A DNA stretch of 63,751 bases, the filler included, from Octopus bimaculoides (lineage: Eukaryota), in assembly GCF_001194135.2 (NCBI RefSeq). It is 4 parts of 4 records of this genome, joined end to end, with 100 filler letters (N's around TTAATTAATTAA, not from the genome) between each part and the next. Parts side by side here need not be neighbours in the genome. Positions count along the whole stretch, not along the records: positions 1 to 30,761 come from NC_068984.1; 3 more parts are not named here. One strand, 5' to 3'. The notes under the pieces are model-generated. The model made no database searches and was not told the origin of the DNA. It saw nothing but the letters and a program-made list of their open reading frames with translations. A program made the translations under genes and the position numbers. This document shows positions 11,050-24,183 of the stretch, piece by piece. Positions within the stretch are counted from its first letter, which is position 1. Every line of letters begins with the position of its first letter.

Positions 11050-12994
11050 TGTGCAACATGCCCAAACATTCTAGAAGGTTCAGAATTCCTCTTCAAAGAG
11101 GGACACAAATTCAAAGTTAAATCTAACTTTACTTGTGCCTCAGAAAATCTTATTTATGTAATANNNNNNNNNNNNNNNNNNNNNNNNNNNNNNNNNNNNN
11201 NNNNNNNNNNNNNNNNNNNNNNNNNNNNNNNNNNNNNNNNNNNNNNNNNNNNNNNNNNNNNNNNNNNNNNNNNNNNNNNNNNNNNNNNNNNNNNNNNNNN
11301 NNNNNNNNNNNNNNNNNNNNNNNNNNNNNNNNNNNNNNNNNNNNNNNNNNNNNNNNNNNNAAAAATATAGAACAAAACCATGGTAAATTAATCAAATTCT
11401 ACCACCTCCTAGATTTCGATTATCTCCCCTATACCGGAAGAAATCTCTAATTACCTCCCCCTGTCTAGAACTCTTCTTTCTCAGACTGGAACGAACACGA
11501 CACAATGAAGTAGAGAACTTTGAAAAGACAACACGAAACCGGTTATTTCTCAAAATACAATGTTTATATACCAAAAAGATTTTATAACATTTTTCTTACA
11601 TTTTTCTGACATAATTTAAATATATACTTTAACCATGTAACACAAGCCTTCTGTAGTTTTTTCACTCTTATTATCTTTTATATATATCTATATATATATA
11701 TTTACACATTATACACACACACATGTACATGACTGTACAGCCAGCATTGAGTCCTTCCATCAGAATAATATCCCTAACAATAAGTATACACGCACATACA
11801 TACTCGTGTTCACACACACACGAGCGTGAGCATACACAGACACACATACACAAACACACGCATGCACGTTTCTTCGTTTGTAAATGGAAAATAAAAGTAC
11901 AGAATATTCAGTGTAGAGTTTATACCAAAAGGTGATTCCTTCCCGTTGCTGCTGAGTTCAACACACACACAGACGTGCATTTACGCTCGTTCAACAATAT
12001 TTGGTGAATGAATCCAGTGCATTCGCTAGGCCGGTACTCATTGATCAAATGAGATCAGATGATTGAATACGTAATAACCCAGGGAAATTGTTGTAGCTGT
12101 GTAGAGAATAGTAGTGCAAGGGAAAGAACTTAATCTAGATTTGCGATCATCAAAGGACAGCTACTCTCCGGTGTTAATAGGCCATGGGTTTTCATGTGTA
12201 AGAAAGCTATTCAGAAGGGATTGTGTCTGGTGGTGATAGCTAGATAGTATCTCCGGTCTCTGACTGAGTGGTATCGCCAGTATATCACTTATATATATGT
12301 GTGTGTGTGTGAATTATAAACAAAAGGGTAGCTTGTTAGCAATTTTTCAATCGAAAGGCAATAATATATACGTCACTAAAGCGACTGAGAGCACTATTCA
12401 GCCAGTATGATTTCTACGGTGATCTTATAAGCTGACAAGGTGAGTTCAGTTTAACCCAAGGCGCCGGTGAGAGCCACTGACGATCATTAATATAAATGCG
12501 AAATCGCTGGTGACCCGGCTATGCCCGGTGCTTCGGGAGTTTGCTTCCCTTGTCAGTAAATAAGACGGTACGTTATTGTGACAATGGGTTGTTTTTTTAA
12601 TTTTTATTTCTACCAATACTGGTGCTGAATAACGCCCGGAGTCGATTCAGTGACGTATATATATATGTGTGTGTGTATAGTACACACATAGATATAGCTA
12701 TTGCGTTTGCTATGTCTCTTTAATGGAATATTCTTTTAGGTGGTTCTTCTCAAGGTGGCTCCGTCATTCACCCGTGTCATCCTTGCTACGTTCACCCATC
12801 TTTTTTTGAAACATTCACTAGATAAAACTTCCCTCTCTACTCTCACCTTCCTCTTCAAGTGATACTTGAAGAAGTTGATGGGAGATTGACCAGAGACGAA
12901 AGTATATGTCTCTAGACCTTTCAGACGCGTCCACCATACACATACTTTCGCCAAAGCCACAAGTACGATGAAAATGACTCTTCCTTCCCGTTTC

Positions 12995-13105
12995 AAGGAA
13001 AGATAGATAGATAGATGGATAGATAGATAGATAGATAGATAGATTGGCAGACTGACAGATGGATAGACAGATAGATAGAAAGAGAGAGAGAGAGGGAGAG
13101 AAAGA
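12995..13105. repeat. (GATA)n/(GA)n microsatellite
   Basis: Direct. Confidence 0.9.
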
Positions 13106-13207
13106 TGTGTATGTATGATATAACTATAAGATAGGTGTGTGAGTTGCTAGTACTGTGTGGTGGTCCGTATAGTTAATACCGATGAGATAGCATTGTACTT
13201 CAACTGT

Positions 13208-13252
<45 letters not shown>

Positions 13253-13683
13253 GTACACATTTAATTTATGTATCTACATATTTGTATGTAACCACGCACA
13301 TACACAAACACACACTTAAAGGTGGTCGCAACATGTATGTTGACCGACACGTGCTACAAGTGAAAAACCTTTAAAAAAAAAAATGCAAACAAGAGCTTGT
13401 AAATTTTTCCTGGTTACCAAAACACATAAACCGTTATTGAGAACAATACGCCAGTATTTTGCGGAGTCTTAAACAGTAAAACAATGTTTGTGAATGAGAC
13501 ATAAATATGTAAGGTCTCTACCATAAATCACACTCTGTATGTATGCTTCGGGTGGGTGTTAATGTTGTTTTGCTCCCGGTCGGCCCTGATCGAGCATGAC
13601 ATTTGCAGGATTGCCTATTAACCCTAGTTTTTGTGTGTCAGGTATATTGTAATATTATATAAATCCCTTATTATATAAATCCA

Positions 13684-13890
13684 AGTGAAGGTGCATGGCT
13701 TAGTGGTTAGTGATGCTGGACACATGATCGTAAGATTGTGGTTTCGATTCTTGGAGCGGGCGTTGTGTTCTTGCGCAAAGCTCTTCATTTCACCTTGCTC
13801 TAGTTCACCCAGCTGGTACAAATGAATAAATCTGGCGTTTCCTCTAAGGAGGAATATATTCGTCAGAGAAACCAGGAAACCGACCTTGTA
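13684..13890 (+). mobile_element. tRNA-derived CORE-type SINE
   Basis: gtgaaggtgcatggcttagtggttag (A-box), ggtttcgattc (B-box), gtgttcttg.gcaaag...ctagttcacccagctg. Confidence 0.75.
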
Positions 13891-13949
13891 CTCCCTACGG
13901 AATAATGTGGACTAATCCATGCTCCTTTTTTTTTCCTTATATCTTTTAG

Positions 13950-14068
13950 TTAAGAAGAAAAGGCAGGACCCAATACCATGTACGGAGCGAAAGAGCGAGA
14001 GGTTGTCCATCAACCAGAGGCGTGGCCCGAATGCCCGCAACACAGTAGACTCTACTAAAAGCACATAA
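13950..14068 (+). CDS. Candidate terminal exon (xKKKRQDPIPCTERKSERLSINQRRGPNARNTVDSTKST*); strand ambiguous
   Basis: Very strong polypyrimidine acceptor ending at AG 13948-49, CpG-rich unique sequence, open to TAA 14066-68. A minus-strand 78 bp phase 2-2 exon (14054-13977, RVYCVAGIRATPLVDGQPLALSLRT) fits equally well. Confidence 0.25.
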
Positions 14069-14369
14069 CGACCAGTTGGTGGGTGTGTTGTACGCACGCG
14101 CGAGCGCATGTGTGTTGCCTGTGTATTTATATTGTCTGATGTGTATGCATTTATCAGTGCATATGTATTTAAATAGTTTTGTATGTTTAATTCTGTACAG
14201 TTGGTCTTTGTCTTGTGGCTCTGAAAATATTAGATATACAGATCGACTCGGATGTTGCTATACCTCGCTGGCCACAATGCGGTTCGCATTGTTTAAACTC
14301 TCGAATGATGCCACCCCGCTGACTTGGCAAGCAGCCTAACATTTCTCCTGAACCGAAGACAGAATATAA

Positions 14370-14604
14370 TCATGGAACACCTTACATTCAGAACTCGGTG
14401 TTTCCCGGCAACGTCGGATATAATTGATTCCGTTCACCACTACCGTTTATCAGCTGTCGATGCGACTCCCACAGTTCCATTTAACTGTTCAGTGGAACAA
14501 CTCTACGAGATTTAACAGCTGACGAACGGTTGTGGCGAATCAGGTAAAAATTATATTCGATGCTGTCGGGAAACTCCGAGTTCTGCATGTAAGTGTTCCA
14601 TGCT
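14370..14604. mobile_element. Foldback MITE (imperfect whole-element palindrome)
   Basis: tggaacaccttacattcagaactcggtgtttcccggcaacgtcggatataatt pairs with aattatattcgatgctgtcgggaaactccgagttctgcatgtaagtgttcca; inner ccactaccgtttatcagctgt pairs with acagctgacgaacggttgtgg. Confidence 0.75.
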
Positions 14605-15141
14605 TTATGTGTGTGTGTGTGTGTGTGTGTGTGCGCGTGTGTGTGTGTTTGCGTGTGTGTGTGTATGTATGTATATATGTATATACATATGCGCATACAT
14701 ATGCATGCAATGTATACAAACATTCACACACACACACATTGACATAAAACGAACAGTATGTCGTACTCAGTATTGCTATTTTCGAAATAAAGATAATACA
14801 ACGCAGATTAATTATAGAGTAATGATTTTTACTGAGTTAATTAGGGGGCTCGATGTCTCACAGTGAATAATCTTTGTGGTGAAACAGCGGGGAAAGCTTG
14901 AGAAAGTGTCTTCTGTTATTGCCCCAGACCGACTGATGGTTTGCGTATGAATTTGGTTGAACGAAACTGTATGAAGCCCGATATAAGTTTCATGATAGGA
15001 TAAATGTATGAGATCATTAGATGTGCATACGCACGTAAGTGTGTGTTATGTATGTATGTATGTATGTATGTTTGTGTATGTTCTATCTATCTATCTGTAT
15101 GCATGTATGTATGCACTTATGTGTGTGTGTGTGTGTGTGTA

Positions 15142-16360
15142 TAGGGGTTAGAGAAAACAATGGAAACACCTAGCATGATAGAATCATAGTTTTGAAATAT
15201 CTGTAAAACCGTCAAAGGTTTATTTATTTTTATGGTTGTTTTTATTTGTTATTAGTGTTGCGTAATATGTTTTGCTAAAATTGCTGTTTCTTTTCAGATA
15301 TCATCAAAAAAGGTAATTAAAATTCATTACAATGACAGATCTATCGGACTTTCAAAAAGGTCAAATTGTTGGTGCTCGCATGGCAGGCGCTCGCGTAACG
15401 AAAACAGCCAAAATGTTTAGTGTAGCAAGAAGTACTGTCTTGAAAGTAATGACAGCTTTTGAGAAAGAGGAAAAAAACCTCCTCGTCGAAACAAAACTGC
15501 GGAAGAAAACCAAAACTTTCACATAGGGACTGTTGGACTCTTACGCGAATTGTTAGAAAGGATCACAAAAGTACAGCTCCCAAAATTACTGCAGAGCTTA
15601 ATGACNNNNNNNNNNNNNNNNNNNNNNNNNNNNNNNNNNNNNNNNNNNNNNNNNNNNNNNNNNNNNNNNNNNNNNNNNNNNNNNNNNNNNNNNNNNNNNN
15701 NNNNNNNNNNNNNNNNNNNNNNNNNNNNNNNNNNNNNNNNNNNNNNNNNNNNNNNNNNNNNNNNNNNNNNNNNNNNNNNNNNNNNNNNNNNNNNNNNNNN
15801 NNNNNNNNNNNNNNNNNNNNNNNNNNNNNNNNNNNNNNNNNNNNNNNNNNNNNNNNNNNNNNNNNNNNNNNNNNNNNNNNNNNNNNNNNNNNGATCTGTG
15901 ATGATCTGGTGGGCTATATCTTGGAAATCCGCCTGCCCAATGGTTTCCCTTTATGGCAGAATTAATAGTCAAGACTATTTAAGCATTTTATCTGATCAAA
16001 TTCATCCTATGTTTGCAGAACTGTTTCCGGAGGGAAACACAATCTTCCAGGATGATAATGCACCAATTCACACAACTAAAGTTGTTACTGAATGGCACAA
16101 GGAACATTCTAGTGAAGTTGAACATCTTATCTGGCCACCACAGTCCCCAGATCTCAAGGAGTCAATATCTTCCACCATCATCACTACAAGAACTTGAGAC
16201 TGTTTTAGCTGAAGAATGAACAAACATTCCTTTGGAAACAAATCAAACTTTGTACGAGTCCATGCCTCGTAGAATTCAAGCTGTAATCACTGCCAAAGGC
16301 TGTCTTGCCCCTTATTAAAATAAATTTGTTTGAAATCTTAAGGTGTTTCCATTATTTTGT
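15142..16360 (+). mobile_element. Tc1-family DNA transposon, inactive
   Basis: TIRs aaaacaatggaaacacct / aggtgtttccattatttt, with TA at the left end; contains the transposase remnant 15332-16317. Confidence 0.92.
15332..16317 (+). pseudogene. Tc1 (DD34E-type) transposase pseudogene
   Basis: MTDLSDFQKGQIVGARMAG (HTH), GRKPKLS, VMIW.AIS, FQDDNAPIH, WPPQSPDL, ESMPRRIQAVITAKG. Frameshift near 15480, deletion after SPDL, in-frame TGA, N gap. Confidence 0.9.
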
Positions 16361-16406
<46 letters not shown>

Positions 16407-17149
16407 CATTATGGTCTTTCGTGACATTATGGCCGGACGCTTTTTTTTTTTTCGAAGACTTGTAGCATATAAAAATCCATTGCCTGAAAATCAAGTGATT
16501 GTTGCAGAACATGCAAGAAAATCTTGTCTCAAAATCAATTCCGGTGTAACTCATGTTTACATGGAATAAAAAAAAAGCTGTTGACCGAACGACCGAACGA
16601 AAGACCCCTCACCTCACACAGACACACACACACACACACGCATACACACATATACACTCGCATACACACATACACGAGGAGGTACTCCAGTACGTCATTA
16701 GCTGCGGTTGAAAAACAAATTTAAAAAAGTACATTTTCATCCTAAACTCTCCATTATCAACCGACAGCTCCACCATCTATCACCTCCTCTCTATCTTCCT
16801 CCTCCTCCTCCTCCTCCACCACCACCATCATAATGACAACCTCAGTCAACAGTAGCACCAATGGATTCTTCACTAAACCTCTTCAGTGCTAAGTGACCCC
16901 GCCACCTCTAAGCTGACAGTAAGAAACAAAACCAGCTGACACTAGACACAGATATAACATTATCACTAACCGCTTCTTTACTTCTTTCTCCTCCTCGACC
17001 TCTCTTCAGTTATCTCCTCTTGACTTCTCTCGCCTCTTCTCTTTCTCTTCTTGTCCTCTCCCAACTCGCATCCTTTCCCTTCTTTTGTCGAACAATTATT
17101 GTATCTGCTTTTGAACTGCACTAAAATTGAACACCATCTCCACTGTACA

Positions 17150-17882
17150 AGCAACCAGACACACATACACGCATACATACATACATACATACATACATAC
17201 ATACATGTAAATATATATATATGTGTATATGTATGTATATATATGCATATACATACATACATACATACAGATATATNNNNNNNNNNNNNNNNNNNNNNNN
17301 NNNNNNNNNNNNNNNNNNNNNNNNNNNNNNNNNNNNNNNNNNNNNNNNNNNNNNNNNNNNNNNNNNNNNNNNNNNNNNNNNNNNNNNNNNNNNNNNNNNN
17401 NNNNNNNNNNNNNNNNNNNNNNNNNNNNNNNNNNNNNNNNNNNNNNNNNNNNNNNNNNNNNNNNNNNNNNNNNNNNNNNNNNNNNNNNNNNNNNNNNNNN
17501 NNNNNNNNNNNNNNNNNNNNNNNNNNNNNNNNNNNNNNNNNNNNNNNNNNNNNNNNNNNNNNNNNNNNNNNNNNNNNNNNNNNNNNNNNNNNNNNNNNNN
17601 NNNNNNNNNNNNNNNNNNNNNNNNNNNNNNNNNNNNNNNNNNNNNNNNNNNNNNNNNNNNNNNNNNNNNNNNNNNNNNNNNNNNNNNNNNNNNNNNNNNN
17701 NNNNNNNNNNNNNNNNNNNNNNNNNNNNNNNNNNNNNNNNNNNNNNNNNNNNNNNNNNNNNNNNNNNNNNNNNNNNNNNNNNNNNNNATATATATATATA
17801 TATATATATGTATACACACACACACACACACACACATATATGTATATATATATATTTATATATACATACATACATACATATA

Positions 17883-17923
<41 letters not shown>

Positions 17924-18141
17924 ACACACACACATATATATAATGTATATGTATACATATATACAATATACACGCTCACACACCAGAGAGTCTATCCATC
18001 TATTTTTCTGTCTCTCGATCATATATATGTGTGTTTTTGCAAGTGTATGCATATACATATATATACACATACACATACGTAAGCATATACGTCTATAAAC
18101 ATCTGAAGACATATACACACACACATGTATATATGTGTGTT

Positions 18142-18173
<32 letters not shown>

Positions 18174-18302
18174 GCATATGTATGTATTCGGTGGATGCTG
18201 TTTGTGTCCTTGAGTTCCACTTGTGAACCCTTCTTCAAGTGATAAAAATTAGCTCTGATACATACATGTATACATATACACACACATACACAAGCTTACG
18301 CA

Positions 18303-18335
<33 letters not shown>

Positions 18336-18410
18336 GTATCTATCTATCTATCTATATATATATATATGCATGCACATGTTCATACATACACATACAGGCA
18401 GGGGGGCATA
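17150..18410. repeat. Compound (CATA)n/(TA)n/(CA)n/(TG)n microsatellite block with N gap
   Basis: Direct. Confidence 0.95.
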
Positions 18411-18529
18411 CATACACATGCTTAAACATACACGAACAAAAATATCCCACGGCAAGATGTCGAAGGTGTGAAGGAGGATAAGTTCACCTTTCCACTCGGT
18501 ACTAATTCCCTGTGCACCGAGTATGTAAA

Positions 18530-19125
18530 CAGCTACTACAGCAAGAACAACAAACATAACCACCACACCCATCACCACCACTACAACCACAAACTCCTCT
18601 CAAAATCACCACCACCGTCATCATCATCATCATCATCATCATCATCACCAAAACAGCGGACGTCATCTCTGCCGCTCCCTCCCAGCATCATCAGCACAGC
18701 AGCAGCAACATCCTCTGTCAACCCCCTCACAACCACCAATACTACAAACCACCTCGACAGCTATTATCGTCCATCGCCAACACCCCCACCGCAACAACAA
18801 CAACAATCACCTTCACCACCACCTTCACCACCACCACCACCACACCATTATCACCATCGCCATTGCAATTACCACAGCCATCACTACTACTACCACCACA
18901 ACCATCCTACCACCTGTACCACAACCCCCATCACCACCGCCTTTAGCAGCACCAGCAGTAGCAGCAGCAGCAGCACCACCACCACCACCACCACCGCTAC
19001 CACCACAGCATCAGCCATTACGACCTTCATAACAAGCACCTGCGCCACCATAATCACACCGCTGCCACCATCATGATAACAAGAGCTACAACAACAACAA
19101 CGACGACAACTATAACAACTTATAC
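18530..19125. repeat. Trinucleotide low-complexity tract (CAC/CAT/CAG/CAA)
   Basis: Direct; explains the His/Pro/Ser/Thr-rich ORF 18468-19076. Confidence 0.85.
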
Positions 19126-19429
19126 AAGAACACGCAGTCAATGGACAAGTGCAGTTGAAAGAAACACACTAAACGAAGGAAGAAAATTGAAAAACGAAGC
19201 AGAAAATGGTTAGTTTTCAGGTATGAACTTGTCAAATCAAAGAGCTTGGCTGTTTCTGTTTTGTTTTATTTTTTATGTATGACTTCGGTAGTTTAAGTTT
19301 TTAAACAGTCAGCAACAGACAGGAGAGTCGTGGGAGATGCGGTGACTGTCAGTTAACTAAGGGGGATCATGAGGATGGTAGTGATGGTTGTGGTGGTGGT
19401 GGCTACACGCGGTGGTGGTGACTGGTGGC

Positions 19430-20010
19430 TGGTGTCTTATAGTAAAAGTGTATGACCATGCAATGGATAGATTTAGGAAGAACTTAATAGAAATCTTCAA
19501 GGAAGTTGGTTTAAGCATAACTGTTACCCCACTACAATCACCTTCTTGGACATTACTTCAGACCATAAGACATGCATGTACTGCCAACATAAAAAAGCCT
19601 CAAGAAATCGTATATCTTCACAGAGATTCTAATCATCCTACGGTTATAGATAAGAACATAGTAGCCGGAATCAGCAGAAGAATCTCCCACTTATTTTCAA
19701 TTCATTCTATAATCAATAGAGCAAGTGGATTAAGCGAGAAATTAGTTCATATGAACGACCACATCCCGACCACTAAAGAGAATTAAATCTGTTCGATACC
19801 CCCCATCCCCCCGCCTCATTCAACTCGGACGTCTCTACAAAGATAAAAAACTGTGTTTTATCCCAATTCCCAAGCACATTTAAATAACGCAGACTTTTCT
19901 AATGTGCATAATGTTAAGGTCAGTTACTTTTGCCTAGATAAAACCACTTTCAATGTAGCACATTACAACAAGCAAATACATACAACTGCGCAGATTCTTC
20001 CCTATCTGCA
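19430..20010 (+). mobile_element. Penelope-like element RT fragment (second PLE lineage)
   Basis: DRFRKNLIEIFKEVGLSIT, TFLDIT, KKPQEIVYLHRDSNHPTVIDKNIVAGISRRIS, NVKVSY: typical PLE RT C-terminal motifs, with frameshifts. Confidence 0.75.
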
Positions 20011-20123
20011 ACAACAGAAAGCTATTAGTTTGTAAACAAGAAACGGTACTCAGTTTTCTCCGTATTGATGATTTGTAGGGCAACATACATGCATGTGTGT
20101 ATGTGTGTGTATGTACATTAGAC

Positions 20124-20154
<31 letters not shown>

Positions 20155-20420
20155 TACACATATATATAGATTTNNNNNNNNNNTATATATATATATGTAT
20201 ACACATATATATAGATTTATGAAATTGGAACAACAACGCAATAGAGTACAGTAAAACATTCGGACAGATAGACGATACAAGGTGGACAAGAGAAGCAACA
20301 ATTAGAAGGATAGCCCCACCAACCAAAAAAGAAAAAAGACGGGTCATTAATGGCTTTCTTTCTTCAGTCAAGTCCCAGATGTCACGACAGTTTCAGGCAG
20401 TTACATATATATATATGTAT

Positions 20421-20468
<48 letters not shown>

Positions 20469-20641
20469 ATGTATGTATGTATGTATATATATATATATAT
20501 ATATACATACATATATATATATACATACACATATATATATACATATTTATATATGTATATATGTATATATTCATACATATATATTTGTATTTATACATCT
20601 TTCTATCTATCTAGGTATCTATCAGTCTGTCTGTATGTATG

Positions 20642-20677
<36 letters not shown>

Positions 20678-21375
20678 CTCTCTCTCTCTCTCTCTCTCTA
20701 CATACACACACACGCACACACATACACACACACGCGCGCACAGACCCTCATAAAATCAAACTATAAATTACGGTCTGCCTGTTTCTTTCGCGACATCACT
20801 GGCTGTTTGGCCAGTATTATTCTGTATCGATTTGACTGATTTTCTCTCTGGCATTCGACTTGGCAAGTTATTGCTGTAAGGAACAACAAAAACAAAGAAC
20901 CCTCGCCCCCAGAAAACTAACACGAAACATTGAATTTTTAAAAATCAAAGTCGTAATCGAAAATGTCAGTTATGTCACATATCAGTGGAAGATATTAGAA
21001 GATCAGTAGGTTCTTCAAAATGTCACCAAAGTATTAGAGTCCTATGCGGCATAGCATTGTTACTAAAACAATATACAATGTCATCCCTAGGAAGCGTTAC
21101 TCAAAGACAAATATATCAAAATATCTCTGACGTTGAATAAAACCACGTTTCAATGTGAGATCTATTGGTAGAACGGTCGGTTGTTTAGTCGACCTTAGCT
21201 CGTAACCGAGAAGTAGATCTGTGACTAGTGATTGGGCCTTTTCGTTTTGATGGGATGAAGGATGCCGATGCTTGAGGTGGCTGTTCATGCCAAAGGTGGT
21301 AGAGAAGAGCCGGGGTCATTTATCGCAAGGGAGAGTTGGTGGAACACGTTTATATCAGAATTAATTGTATATATA

Positions 21376-21536
21376 GGCGCAGGGGTGGCTGTGTGGTAAG
21401 AAACTTGCTTACCAACCACATTGTTCTGGGTTCAGTCCCACTGCATAGCACCTTGGGTAAATGTCTTCTACTACAGCCTCGGGTTGACCAAAGCCTTGTG
21501 AGTGGATTTGGTAGACGAAAACTGAAAGAAGCCCGT

Positions 21537-21545
<9 letters not shown>
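21376..21545 (+). mobile_element. SINE family B head/body (runs into gap)
   Basis: ggcgcaggggtggctgtgtggtaaga..cttgcttaccaaccac...gggttcagtcccactgc...gtggatttggtagacg.aaactgaaagaagccc. Confidence 0.9.
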
Positions 21546-21569
<24 letters not shown>

Positions 21570-22685
21570 NNNNNNNNNNNNNNNNNNNNNNNNNNNNNNN
21601 NNNNNNNNNNNNNNNNNNNNNNNNNNNNNNNNNNNNNNNNNNNNNNNNNNNNNNNNNNNNNNNNNNNNNNNNNNNNNNNNNNNNNNNNNNNNNNNNNNNN
21701 NNNNNNNNNNNNNNNNNNNNNNNNNNNNNNNNNNNNNNNNNNNNNNNNNNNNNNNNNNNNNNNNNNNNNNNNNNNNNNNNNNNNNNNNNNNNNNNNNNNN
21801 NNNNNNNNNNNNNNNNNNNNNNNNNNNNNNNNNNNNNNNNNNNNNNNNNNNNNNNNNNNNNNNNNNNNNNNNNNNNNNNNNNNNNNNNNNNNNNNNNNNN
21901 NNNNNNNNNNNNNNNNNNNNNNNNNNNNNNNNNNNNNNNNNNNNNNNNNNNNNNNNNNNNNNNNNNNNNNNNNNNNNNNNNNNATATATATATATATACA
22001 TACATACATAAATATATGTACGTTACCCACATCACAAACAGCTGACACCAGTCGCAACTCATCTCCACAGTTCCCACCCACTTTCCCCTCCAGCCCCCAG
22101 CCCCCACAGAACTGCCTTTACACAATTTTTTTTTTTCAAAATCGTTTGTTTGCAAATTCTACGACAGTAAACATGTACCACCCTCTACATGTATTAAGCA
22201 ACGGTGTGTGCGTGTTGGTGTGTGTACGTATGTGTTTCCAGAAACACACACGCGTGCATGCATACACATACACACAAAACCGACCTTAAACTCCTACCTG
22301 TATACATGCATGTACGTACGTGTGTATGTATGCGTATACGTATGTATGTAGGTATGTATATAAATATGTTTGTGTGTGTGTGTATGTGTGTGTGTATACA
22401 CACACTAACGCATATATATGCATTTGTATATATGTGGTGTCATTTAAAAATGTCGGCCTATGCATGTATATTTGCTTATGTACGTTCGTTTATATCTGTA
22501 TACACACATACATACATACATACATACATACATGCATATATATATATGTATGTATGTATATATATATATATATATATATNNNNNNNNNNNNNNNNNNNNN
22601 NNNNNNNNNNNNNNNNNNNNNNNNNTATATATATGTATATATATATATATATATATCTATATATATATATTTACACGCACAATGA

Positions 22686-22716
<31 letters not shown>

Positions 22717-22994
22717 TGTGAATGTGAGTGTGTGTGTGTGTGTGCGTGCATGTATGCCCGTCACTGTGTAAACATTTTCTACACACCTGATACGCTCACA
22801 CACACATATGTCAATATATACACACATACACACGCGTGTATGTTCATACGTACATGCATACGTACTTGCAAACAAATGCTTACACACATTTCCTCACGTG
22901 CATATCCTTACCAATAACCTCTCGTCTGCCTAAGACTCTCTTCAACAAGCAGTGTTAACCACAACAACCAGGTTACTATACAGAAGTTCATTGT

Positions 22995-23066
22995 CTCGTC
23001 ATACCTATCTATCTATTTATCTATCTGTCTGTCTGTCTGCCTGTCTATCTATCTTTCTCACCTGTC

Positions 23067-23102
<36 letters not shown>

Positions 23103-23450
23103 AATCTATCTATCTGTCTATCTATCTTTCCTATCTGTCTCTCTCTCCCTATCTATCTATCTATCTATCTATCTCTGTCTCTCTCTCTTTCTCTCTCTGT
23201 CTATCTATCCATTTATCTTTCTTATCTGTCTCTGTCTGTCTGTCTGTCTCTCTCTGTCTCTCTCTCTCTCTCTATCTATCTATCTATGTATCTATCTATC
23301 TGTCTACATACACATTCATGTAAATATGTATACATAATGCTATATTCATGTACAACATTGACTATGTTGTCTACACACATAATCTATTGTCTCCTTCAGT
23401 TAGCTCTCTCTCGCTCTCTCTCTCTCTCTCTCCCTCTCTCTCCCTCTCAC
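22995..23450. repeat. (TCTA)n/(TCTG)n/(TC)n microsatellite block
   Basis: Direct. Confidence 0.92.
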
Positions 23451-23559
23451 TCCAATATTTATCTCAATTCTTGTCTTTCTCTAGGCTTCTCTTTACCAGA
23501 CGTTTACACACAAGCACCATTTTGTTACATGTATAATTCTTTCTGCTCTCGGTGTAGGC

Positions 23560-23755
23560 TTGAAATTTGGGGAGAGGAGGTTGCTTGTCGACTACATGAA
23601 CCCTTAGTGTTCAACTGGTACTCGTTTAATCGTCTCCGAAAGGATGAAAGACAAAGTCCACCTTGGCAGAATTTGAACTCAGAACGTTAAACCGGAAGAA
23701 ATGCTGTGAAGTGGTTTGTCCGGCGTGCTAGCAATTCTGCCAGCTCACGGCCTTT
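23560..23755 (-). mobile_element. SINE family A
   Basis: ccgaaaggatgaaagacaaagtc.acc.tggcagaatttgaactcagaacgt...ctagcaattctgccagctc is the reverse complement of family A. Confidence 0.85.
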
Positions 23756-23939
23756 TGTTAAATACTTAATAATATCCTGATAGTTCGCTTAGGTACAGCA
23801 ATACTAATAACCTGCTGTTTGAGCTGCTCTACATTCATATGCTTCAGAACGAGTTATCAGTCGAGTACAGAGTGGTAATAAGAAATTAGAAGGACAAAGG
23901 AATAAGCAATTATGTTATGGACTTCATTAGCTTACGTCT

Positions 23940-24100
23940 GTTTCTGGAATTATTTTTTGTACGACTGGTACTTATTCTATTCGTTTCCTTTTGCCGAACC
24001 GCTACGTTACGGAGACGTAAACACGCCAACATCGGTTGTCAAGCGATGGTTTTGGGGGTAGGGGCAAACACTTACACACAAATACATACATGCGCTCACA
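23940..24100 (-). mobile_element. SINE family B middle fragment
   Basis: gtacttattctattcg...ttttgccgaaccgcta.gttacggagacgtaaacac.ccaacatcggttgtcaagcgat. Confidence 0.8.
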
Positions 24101-24122
24101 CACACACAAATACATACATACA

Positions 24123-24183
<61 letters not shown>

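Noticed and set aside
12847-12922. Minus-strand exon candidate ending at AG|GTGAGA (SRDIYFRLWSISHQLLQVSLEEE)
   Set aside because: No polypyrimidine tract at the needed acceptor; the peptide is unrecognised.
14324-14600. ORF 14324-14515 and apparent GTAAGT donors
   Set aside because: The donors are mirror images within a palindromic MITE, not splice sites.
18468-19076. 202 aa His/Pro/Ser/Thr-rich ORF
   Set aside because: Translation of trinucleotide low-complexity DNA; no domain or splice support.
22952-23323. 123 aa Leu/Ser-rich ORF
   Set aside because: (TCTA/TCTG)n microsatellite translation.
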